A stretch of 45,390 nt of DNA, from positions 1-45,390 of the forward strand of contig JANPJS010000026.1 in assembly GCA_031425655.1 (NCBI GenBank), written 5' to 3'. A program made the position numbers and the translations under genes. Shown here piece by piece: positions 27,415 through 34,961 of this stretch (positions within the stretch are counted from its first letter, which is position 1; each line of letters begins with the position of its first letter). The notes beneath the pieces are model-generated. The model was not told where the DNA came from and searched no databases. It worked only from the letters and a program-made list of their open reading frames with translations. Origin of the DNA: Abditibacteriaceae bacterium (GTDB lineage Bacteria > Armatimonadota > Abditibacteriia > Abditibacteriales > Abditibacteriaceae).

Positions 27415-27483
27415 GAGTTTTGAGTTTTAAGTTTTGAGTTATCGGATTGAAACTCAAAACTCAAAACTCAAAACTCAAAACTC
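27415..27483. repeat. 7-mer tandem-repeat palindrome (GAGTTTT x~4, then AAAACTC x4-5)
   Basis: GAGTTTT GAGTTTT AAGTTTT GAGTT, ATCGGATTGA, AACTC (AAAACTC)x4. Fills the PspA-AAA intergenic gap. Confidence 0.92.
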
Positions 27484-27486
27484 TTT

Positions 27487-29181
27487 ATGCTGACTCCGCC
27501 ATCGCAAATCGTCCCGACGACCGTGCTGCCCGATTGGGCGAGCGATTTGGTTACGCTTTACGAAAGCGTGGCGGCGAATCAGTTCGTGCTTTACGGCAAC
27601 GTGCATGACCGCATGGTTTTGCCGCTCGGCAAAGGCGAATTAGGCGGATTGACGGATTTTCTGCTGCGCGTTTTGATGCCGCGCTTCGACGTGATTTTGT
27701 CCTACGATTTGGGCAACGGCATTCGCATCGAAAAGGGCGGCGAGATTTTCACGCAATGGCCTGCTTTCAAAGAAAACCAGCAGTTGCCGAAAACGCCGCG
27801 TGCCGCCATCGAAACTCTCACGCATTATTTTCGCTACGCGGCGAATTTGGGCCGATTAGGGCGGGGCAAGAAAACGCAGGTTGGATGTTTCATCAAAGCG
27901 GCGCATTTGGTGGCTCCGGCCTCGCCCGGCTCGCTGAATTACGACTTGAACGCCCTTGCGCTGCTGATGCGCGATTGGGCCAACGATTCGCTGCTGATTG
28001 AACACGATCTGGCTACTTTTCTCATCGCCGATAACCTCAACGATTTGCATCCGCTTTTGGTCACGAATCCGCGCGCCGCGCTGCTCAAAGTGCCGCTCCC
28101 GCCGCCCGAAGAATTGACGCGCGCTTTTTCGCTATTGGCGCCGGCTTTTCCCGTCGCGCTCTCGAATTACATCGGCGATTTAAACCGTCCGGCGCAGCAG
28201 TTGGCGGGCGCGTCGCTGGGTTCGGTGGAAACCATGCTCAAAACGCGCGAGCATAAACGCGAACCTTTGACCGATGCCGATTTAGTCGCGCTGAAAAAGC
28301 AGCTCATCGAAAAAGAGTGCAACGGACTGATTGAATTCATCGAATCGAAGCGCACGTTAGACGACCTTTACGGGCAGGAAAAAATCAAGCTCTGGCTGCG
28401 GCAGGACATCACGTTGTGGCAGCAAGGCGAAGTTCAAGCGATGCCGATGGGCTATTTATTGTGCGGCCCGGTCGGAACGGGCAAGACCTTCATGGTCGAG
28501 TGTTTGGCGGGCGAGGCCGGCGTTCCCGTCGTGAAAATGAAGAACTTCCGCGACAAATGGGTTGGCAGCACCGAAGGCAATTTAGAGAAGATTTTTCGGC
28601 TTTTGCAAGCGTTGGGCCGCTGCTACGTTTTCATTGACGAAGCCGATCAAGCGTTGGGCAAGCGCGATGCTGGTTCGGGCGATTCGGGCGTGTCGGGCCG
28701 CATTTATTCGATGATGGCCGAAGAGATGAGCAATCCGCGCAATCGCGGCAAAATCATCTGGGTTTTGGCGTCGAGCCGGCCCGATTTAATTGAGGTAGAT
28801 TTAAAGCGTCCGGGCCGCGTGGACGTGAAAATTCCGCTTTTCCCGACCACGACCAAAGAAGAAGGATTCCGCTTGATTCAAGGTTTGTGCAAGCGGCGCG
28901 GCATGGAAATTCCCGATGACGCTTTTGCTGAATTGTCGCCGCAGATTCCGCATTTGCTGACGCCCGGCGCCGCCGAAGCGCTTGCGGTCAAGGTTTATCG
29001 TGTGTCGCACGTCGAAAAACAAAGCGCGTTGGAAGCGTTGCGCGATAGCCTCGAAGATTATCAAAATCCTGTGCCGTCCGAGGTGCTGGAATTTCAAATT
29101 CAATTAGCCGTGCGCGAGGCCAGCGACCTCGAATTTGTTCCGGCTTCGCTGCGCGGTGTGCCTTCGGCGTCGCGCGTTTGA
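27487..29181 (+). CDS. Classical-clade AAA+ ATPase with a degenerate N-terminal AAA-like domain
   Basis: Walker A GPVGTGKT, pore loop KWVGSTE, Walker B VFIDEAD, ASSRPD, Arg finger LKRPGRVD. N-half begins FVLYGNVHD and lacks an intact P-loop. Confidence 0.9.
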   Translation: MLTPPSQIVPTTVLPDWASDLVTLYESVAANQFVLYGNVHDRMVLPLGKGELGGLTDFLLRVLMPRFDVILSYDLGNGIRIEKGGEIFTQWPAFKENQQLPKTPRAAIETLTHYFRYAANLGRLGRGKKTQVGCFIKAAHLVAPASPGSLNYDLNALALLMRDWANDSLLIEHDLATFLIADNLNDLHPLLVTNPRAALLKVPLPPPEELTRAFSLLAPAFPVALSNYIGDLNRPAQQLAGASLGSVETMLKTREHKREPLTDADLVALKKQLIEKECNGLIEFIESKRTLDDLYGQEKIKLWLRQDITLWQQGEVQAMPMGYLLCGPVGTGKTFMVECLAGEAGVPVVKMKNFRDKWVGSTEGNLEKIFRLLQALGRCYVFIDEADQALGKRDAGSGDSGVSGRIYSMMAEEMSNPRNRGKIIWVLASSRPDLIEVDLKRPGRVDVKIPLFPTTTKEEGFRLIQGLCKRRGMEIPDDAFAELSPQIPHLLTPGAAEALAVKVYRVSHVEKQSALEALRDSLEDYQNPVPSEVLEFQIQLAVREASDLEFVPASLRGVPSASRV

Positions 29182-29279
29182 AGCCGGCGGCACGCGAAGC
29201 GCAGTCGAAGCGTTGGCAAATCGCTGAAAATTGAAATCCGACGCTTCCACGGCGCCGCGCTGTCTATAGTTCCCCGTTC

Positions 29280-32200
29280 ATGGCTAATCCAAGAGAGCTT
29301 CCTCCCGGTTTTCGTCTGCGCCAAACCTTAACTGGCCACGGCGATTCTATTTCACAAATAACGTGGTCGGCGGACGGCAAAGCCCTCGCCTCCAGTTCGG
29401 CGGATTTAACGGCGCGCACCTGGGATATTAAAACCGGTGCGCCGCTGCACGTTATGCGCGCCGTGGAAGCCGGCGTTTCGTGCGTGGCGTGGTCGCCCGA
29501 CGGCAAAATGCTCGTCACCGGGCAGGACAACGGCGGCATCAAACAATGGGACGCCGAAGGCCATTTGCTGCTGGCGTTCCGCGAGCATAACGCGATGGTT
29601 TTTCGCGTGGCGTGGTCGCCGACCGGCGATTTCTTCGCTTCCGCTTCCGCCGATAACACCATTCGTCTCTGGGATTCCGACAGCGCCCGCATGACGCGAA
29701 TGCTGCGGATGCCGTCGGGTCAGGCTTTGGACGTGGCATGGTCGCGCGACGGAAAAATGCTGGCGGCGGCCTCTTCCGAGGGCACGATTCGCGTTTGGGA
29801 TGCCGCCGGAGATCGCTTATTGCGCTCGGTCGCTTCGGGCAGTGACGCCGTTCTCGGTATCGCATGGGCGCCGGGAAATCGCCTTTTGGCGGCGGCCTCG
29901 GCAGATCGCATGGTGCGCCTGTGGGATCCGGAAACCGGGCAATTGCGCCATATGCTGCAAGGCGATGTCGAGCCGATTACCAGCCTCTCGTTTTCGCAGA
30001 ATGGCCGCATTTTGGCCGGTCGCACGCTGAACGGCGCCTTGCGCTTGTGGCGCACCGACACTTGGGAAACCTTGCCGGGCTTCCCCGAAACCGGGACTGC
30101 GAGCTTGTTTTCCGTCGGCGTGGCGTTCTCGCATCAGGACGACGTTTTGGCGTTTGTGGCCGACGATGGCCGTATTATCGAGTTGTGGGACGTGGACATC
30201 GAAAAGCTGCGCGCTTCGGCGGGCAGCATCAAAACGGTGCATTACACCAACGCCAAAGTCGTGCTGGTCGGCGATAGCGGCGTCGGCAAATCCGGCTTAG
30301 GTTTGGTGCTCACCGGGCATGGTTTTACACCAACCGAATCCACGCACGGGCGCTACGTTTGGCGCTTTGAAAACGAGCAAGTTGAAATGCAGGACGGTCG
30401 CCGCGAAAAGCGCGAAACCCTGCTCTGGGATTTGGCCGGCCAACCGGGTTATCGGCTCATTCATCAACTGCATTTGAACGAGATTGCGGTCGCGCTTCTG
30501 GTATTTGATGTGCGCTCCGAAAGCGACCCGTTTTCCGGCGTGCGCCACTGGGATCGCGCGCTGCGCCAAGCACAAAACGCGGCGGGCATAGACGCGCTGC
30601 CTTTGAAAAAATTCCTCGTCGCGGCGCGCTGTGATCGCGGCAGTGTCGGCGTCAGCCGCGAGCGTCTTGAAGCGTTTTTGGCGCAAAATGACTTCGACGG
30701 CTACTTTGAAACCAGCGCCAAAGAAGGCTGGGGCGTTGCCGAATTGAAGCGCGCCATGTTGGCCGCGATTGACTGGGACAACCTGCCTAAAGTTTCTTCG
30801 ACCGAGCTTTTTCAACGCATCAAAGACTTTTTATTGGTGGAAAAGCAAGGCGGGCGTCTGCTCACGACCGAAGACGATTTATTCATGGCGTTTCTGCGCT
30901 CCGGGCAGGCGCCGATGCATACCGACGACCTGATAGATCAATTTGAAACCTGCATCACTTTGGTCGAATCGCAGGGCTTGATTCGGCGCCTCAGCTTCGG
31001 CAACATGGTGCTTTTGCAGCCCGAACGCATTGACGCTTATGCTTCAGCTCTGGTCAATGCCGTCAAGAATGAGCCGGACGGCACCGGCACCATTCTCGAA
31101 GACTGGGTTTACGCCGGCAAGTTTCCGATGTCGAAAGAGGAACGGCTGCCCAACGTAGAGCAGGAGCGCCTGCTGCTCATCGCCATGATGGAAGACCTGC
31201 TGCGTCACGAAGTCGCCTCGCGCGAGTCAACCGCCGACGGAATGCTCTTAGTGTTTCCGTCGCAGTCTACGCGCGAATATCCCGATTTGCGCGATCCGTC
31301 CGGCAAAAGCGTGACTTTCACCTTCGAGGGGCCGATTGCCAATGTTTACGCCACGATGTGCGTGCGTATTTCGCACAGCGGCCTTTTCGAGCGGCAGGGA
31401 ATGTGGAAAAACGCCGCGACCTACAAAGCCGGCGACAGCGGCATTTGTGGCATGGCGATGCAGGAATTGGAAGAAGGCAAGGCCGAGCTTTCGCTGTTCT
31501 TCGATGAAAATGCCGGCGACGAATCGCGGATGCAGTTCGAGGAATTCGTTTCGGCGCATTTGCAGCGGCGGGCTTTGCCCAACAGCATTGTGCGCCGCCG
31601 CGTTTTTGCTTGCTTGTCTTGCGGCACGCCGTTAACCGATATGCAGGTGCGGCGTCGTCGGGAACGCGGCTTCGACTGGATCGAATGCAGCGTTTGCGGT
31701 GCGAATGTGCCTCTCGGCGACAAGGACGCGCCGGCAGTTTCACCGCTGCGGCCCACAGCCGTCTTCCAGATGGATCGCTCCGCCGATGCCATCCGCGACT
31801 TTGAGGCCGGTTTGGTTTCGGCGGCAGGCGAAGTTCGCACGCAGAGCTTCAAAACCTGGGCCGGAGGCCGGCACACGACGTTGGCCATCGTTTTCACCGA
31901 CATCGTCGGCTCGACGACCATTGCCAATCAGATCGGCAACGAAGGTTTCAATCAAGTGCTGAGGGGCCATTACAAAGTTGGTCGCCAGCACGTTGAAGCG
32001 CAGGGCGGCTATCTTATTAAAACCATCGGCGATTCGTTAATGGCGGCTTTTTACACGGTTTCGGATGCCTTAGCCGCCACCTTAGCAATTTACGAGCAGC
32101 CCGGTGATGAGCGCCTTAACGTGCGGGCGGGAGTCCACGTCGGCCCGGTTCTCATCGAAGATGAAGACGCTTTCGGCACGATGGTAAACTTCGCATCGCG

Positions 32201-32369
32201 CGTGGTTGATTCCACCAAATCCGCCGAAGTGCGCCTGTCTAACGCCGCTAAAGACCAACTCGAACGCGAAGAATCTCTCGATGTTTCGGCATTGGAATGG
32301 ACGGCGCATCCTCATTGTGAAATTCGCGGTTTCGACGGCGATTACACGCTGTGGACGGTGAATACGTAA
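29280..32369 (+). CDS. WD40-Roc(GTPase)-COR-Zn ribbon-class III adenylate/guanylate cyclase (Roco-like protein)
   Basis: About 7 WD40 repeats (GH...WS.DG...LAS.S.D.T.R.WD). G1 GDSGVGKS, G2 TESTHG, G3 LWDLAGQ, G4-like ARCD, G5 ETSAK. CLSC...CSVC. Cyclase motifs FTDIVGST, KTIGD, RAGVHVG, DAFGTMVNFASR. COR is inferred from position and length. Confidence 0.88.
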   Translation: MANPRELPPGFRLRQTLTGHGDSISQITWSADGKALASSSADLTARTWDIKTGAPLHVMRAVEAGVSCVAWSPDGKMLVTGQDNGGIKQWDAEGHLLLAFREHNAMVFRVAWSPTGDFFASASADNTIRLWDSDSARMTRMLRMPSGQALDVAWSRDGKMLAAASSEGTIRVWDAAGDRLLRSVASGSDAVLGIAWAPGNRLLAAASADRMVRLWDPETGQLRHMLQGDVEPITSLSFSQNGRILAGRTLNGALRLWRTDTWETLPGFPETGTASLFSVGVAFSHQDDVLAFVADDGRIIELWDVDIEKLRASAGSIKTVHYTNAKVVLVGDSGVGKSGLGLVLTGHGFTPTESTHGRYVWRFENEQVEMQDGRREKRETLLWDLAGQPGYRLIHQLHLNEIAVALLVFDVRSESDPFSGVRHWDRALRQAQNAAGIDALPLKKFLVAARCDRGSVGVSRERLEAFLAQNDFDGYFETSAKEGWGVAELKRAMLAAIDWDNLPKVSSTELFQRIKDFLLVEKQGGRLLTTEDDLFMAFLRSGQAPMHTDDLIDQFETCITLVESQGLIRRLSFGNMVLLQPERIDAYASALVNAVKNEPDGTGTILEDWVYAGKFPMSKEERLPNVEQERLLLIAMMEDLLRHEVASRESTADGMLLVFPSQSTREYPDLRDPSGKSVTFTFEGPIANVYATMCVRISHSGLFERQGMWKNAATYKAGDSGICGMAMQELEEGKAELSLFFDENAGDESRMQFEEFVSAHLQRRALPNSIVRRRVFACLSCGTPLTDMQVRRRRERGFDWIECSVCGANVPLGDKDAPAVSPLRPTAVFQMDRSADAIRDFEAGLVSAAGEVRTQSFKTWAGGRHTTLAIVFTDIVGSTTIANQIGNEGFNQVLRGHYKVGRQHVEAQGGYLIKTIGDSLMAAFYTVSDALAATLAIYEQPGDERLNVRAGVHVGPVLIEDEDAFGTMVNFASRVVDSTKSAEVRLSNAAKDQLEREESLDVSALEWTAHPHCEIRGFDGDYTLWTVNT

Positions 32370-32379
32370 GTCAATGTCT

Positions 32380-32530
32380 TTGGAGTCGTATGAAAAGTCC
32401 CCTCCCCTTGCTGTTTAAGGGGAGGGTTAGGGTGGGGTTCTGCTGGTCTCTTTAACCCCATCCCCGGCCCTTCCCCTTGATACGGCAAAGGGGAAGGGAG
32501 TCGCCGCCACTTTTCAGACTATTTCTTAGG
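32380..32530. mobile_element. MITE/REP-like element with AGTC..GAAAAGT-type ends and internal CCCTCCCC...GGGGAGGG hairpins
   Basis: Ends GGAGTCGTATGAAAAGTCC and CCACTTTTCAGACTATTTCTTA. The reverse complement of the right end matches the left end of 40332-40526. Confidence 0.7.
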
Positions 32531-32536
32531 AGTCGT

Positions 32537-33226
32537 ATGAAAACAGTTGTCAGTCAGTCTCGAAATTTAGCGATGCACAATGCTCGGCGAGCCTCAAGAA
32601 GCGCTTTTACACTGGCCGAACTTCTCGTTGTAGTCGGAATCACGGCGCTGTTGGCGGCGTTGCTTTTTCCGGCGTTTTCAATGGCGCGGGCGCGCGGGCG
32701 CCAAACGGTTTGTGCCTCGAATCTGCGTCAAATCGGGCAGGCGATGGCCATGTATACCAGCGATTTCGAGCGATTCCCGCGCGGTCTTGACCCTGCCGAT
32801 AAATTCACGCCGGAAATCTGGCAAAACTTCCCCGGCGGCTTGGAAATCATGGCCGAAACGCCGCTTCTCAATGAAGTGATGGCGCCTTACGTCAAATCCG
32901 CCCAGGCCTGGAACTGTCCCGCCGACACCGGTTTCGATATTTGCGATTCCACCGGCATACCGCTCGACGCGCGCCCAACGTGTTACCGCAAATACACCAT
33001 GAGCTACTTTTACCGCACGGAATTGATGCTGCGCGAAAAAGCCAGCGAAGACCTGCCTCAAGTCTCGAAAACGCACGTTCTTTCGGACGCCGCCGGTGCC
33101 TGGCACGGCGCGTCCGTAGTCAACTTATTGCAAGGTCGCCGCTATAACATTCTCTATGCCGATTCGCACGTCAAAAGCGTCAGCGGTGAGGGTTTCGATA
33201 TGCTCTGGGCGATTCCAGTTGAGTAA
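32537..33226 (+). CDS. Prepilin-type N-terminal cleavage/methylation domain protein (DUF1559-like)
   Basis: AFTLAELLVVVGITALLAALLFPAFSMARARGRQTVCASNLRQIG; C-terminal WH...NILYADSHVK (H-X9-DG variant). Start is 32537 or 32573. Confidence 0.88.
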   Translation: MKTVVSQSRNLAMHNARRASRSAFTLAELLVVVGITALLAALLFPAFSMARARGRQTVCASNLRQIGQAMAMYTSDFERFPRGLDPADKFTPEIWQNFPGGLEIMAETPLLNEVMAPYVKSAQAWNCPADTGFDICDSTGIPLDARPTCYRKYTMSYFYRTELMLREKASEDLPQVSKTHVLSDAAGAWHGASVVNLLQGRRYNILYADSHVKSVSGEGFDMLWAIPVE

Positions 33227-33247
33227 AGTGACGTGTTTTTCTTATAG

Positions 33248-33559
33248 TCAGCGGACGTTTTTGTAGCCTTGCCAGAGTAGGGCGGCGTCCCAGCCCATCA
33301 GCAAAAGCGCGATACCAACCGTCCAGAGCGCGCTTTTCGCCGGCCACGCGATAGCCGCCATAAACAACGCGGCAATTTCGGCGAAAATCGCCAAAACCGA
33401 AAACGCGACCAATAAATACGGCCCAACTTCCGTCCAGACCACATCGTTTTGAAAAATCAGGCGCAGCACAAAATAAACGCCCATCGGCGCGATCCATCCA
33501 AAAACTGCGACCCACAGCGCCCACAAGCCGTTCGGAGTTTCTGTATCATTACGACTCAT
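33248..33559 (-). CDS. Small hypothetical membrane protein (3 TM)
   Basis: ATG at 33559 after AAAGGA; 103 aa with three hydrophobic segments. Confidence 0.65.
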   Translation of the reverse strand: MSRNDTETPNGLWALWVAVFGWIAPMGVYFVLRLIFQNDVVWTEVGPYLLVAFSVLAIFAEIAALFMAAIAWPAKSALWTVGIALLLMGWDAALLWQGYKNVR

Positions 33560-33577
33560 TAAAATCCTTTTTCTACG

Positions 33578-33697
33578 TTTTAATGGAACACGGAGCTTCG
33601 CTACACGGAAACGACGCAGATTCACACGGATTTTTTAGGATTGATCTGTGAAAATCCCTGTCGTTTCTGTGTAGCGAAGCTCCGTGTTCCATTAAAA
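33578..33697. repeat. REP-like palindrome with 38-bp arms (TTTTAATGGAACACGGAGCTTCGCTACACGGAAACGAC)
   Basis: 33578-33615 vs reverse complement of 33660-33697: 37/38 identical. Confidence 0.92.
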
Positions 33698-33716
33698 ACT
33701 TGTGCTCATAAAATGT

Positions 33717-34118
33717 CTACGTCAAATCCATAAACGGATTCCACGCGACTTCCCATAAGAAGCCATCCGGGTCGGCGAAATAGCCGGAATAGCCGCCCCA
33801 TTCGGCCTTGCGCGCCGCTTTGACCAAGCGCGCTCCGGCTGCCACGGCGTGATTTAAAGTTTCGTCCACGGCTTCAGGCGATGTGACGTTGTGCGCGATA
33901 GTAAAACCGGCGAAGGCGTTTGGCGAGGTGTTTTCCACTTGCGCGTCGGCGGCGAGATGCTCGCGCGGATAAAGGGCCAGCACCACGCCGCCCATCGGGA
34001 AAAATGCGATGCCGTCGAAGTCGCCTTCGGGCACAAGGCCCAAGCCATCACGATAAAATTGCAGGGCGCGCTCCAAATCGCCGACGCCTAAGGTAATTAA
34101 GCTGATTTTCGCTTTCAT
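33717..34118 (-). CDS. VOC/glyoxalase superfamily protein
   Basis: ISLITLGVGDLERALQFYRDGLG...WGGYSGYFADPDGFLWEVAWNP. Confidence 0.93.
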   Translation of the reverse strand: MKAKISLITLGVGDLERALQFYRDGLGLVPEGDFDGIAFFPMGGVVLALYPREHLAADAQVENTSPNAFAGFTIAHNVTSPEAVDETLNHAVAAGARLVKAARKAEWGGYSGYFADPDGFLWEVAWNPFMDLT

Positions 34119-34190
34119 GTCAGGCAGTTTAGCCGCGTTGCGCCGCTAAGATTGCGAGCATGGCCCGGCCATCCTGCTAAAATCTTAGCG

Positions 34191-34946
34191 ATGCGTGGTG
34201 TGCGGTTTATTATGAAACGCTGGTTTTTGCTGGTTTTGCTGAGCGGTTTTTTAGTCTGGGGCGCGAATCGTCTGCGGGCGCGCACCGATGACGGCTGGAA
34301 TCTCGTGGCGCCCGGCGTCGAGATGCGCACGCTGCGTTCTCCCGGTGAAAACGGCGCGCCGGTTGTGGCGCTTCGCACTGCGCCGAATCGCGTTCATATC
34401 GCCGCCGATGCCGGCGCGCCGGGCGCGCAGCTCGAAGCCGAGGCATGGCGACGGCGCGGTGGCGCCATGGCTGCGGTCAACGGCGGTTACTTCGATGCCG
34501 CCTACAAGCCTCTTGGTCTGCGCGTTGCCAAAGGCCGAAAACTATCGGCTTTGCACGGCACGATGTGGGGCGTTTTTTCCATCCGGCGCGACAAAGCGAC
34601 GATTGTGGCAACCGAAGCCTTCAAAATGCACCGCGACATCAGCGAAGCGGTGCAATGCGGCCCTCGTCTTGTGGAAAACGGTCGGGTCAAGCAGCTAAAA
34701 ATGCAGTGGGCGCGGCGCACCGGCATCGGCATCACGCGGCGAGGAAAAGTAATTATCGCGGTCGCCGACGGCGAAATGTCGCTTCCCGATTGGGCCGCGT
34801 TGTGGGCCGCGCCGGACGGCCTCAATTGCCCGAACGCGCTCAACCTTGACGGCGGCCCGTCTTCGCAACTCGCGCTCAAAACGGCTTCGCGCCAAGTGAA
34901 TTTACGATCGGGCCGCCCGGTTTCCGACGCGATTTTGATCCGCTAA
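34191..34946 (+). CDS. Phosphodiester glycosidase (NAGPA-like) family exported protein
   Basis: Signal/TM segment, AAVNGGYF, QCGPRLV, RRTGIG, ALNLDGGPSS. Start is 34191 (7 nt after TGCTAAAAT) or 34212. Confidence 0.85.
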   Translation: MRGVRFIMKRWFLLVLLSGFLVWGANRLRARTDDGWNLVAPGVEMRTLRSPGENGAPVVALRTAPNRVHIAADAGAPGAQLEAEAWRRRGGAMAAVNGGYFDAAYKPLGLRVAKGRKLSALHGTMWGVFSIRRDKATIVATEAFKMHRDISEAVQCGPRLVENGRVKQLKMQWARRTGIGITRRGKVIIAVADGEMSLPDWAALWAAPDGLNCPNALNLDGGPSSQLALKTASRQVNLRSGRPVSDAILIR

Positions 34947-34961
34947 TCGGTTTCAGCTTTC

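Noticed and set aside
29182..29262. Weak hairpin GAAGCGTTGG...CCGACGCTTC between the AAA and Roco genes
   Set aside because: It is short and imperfect, with no U-tract and no second copy in the window; it cannot be called a terminator or repeat.
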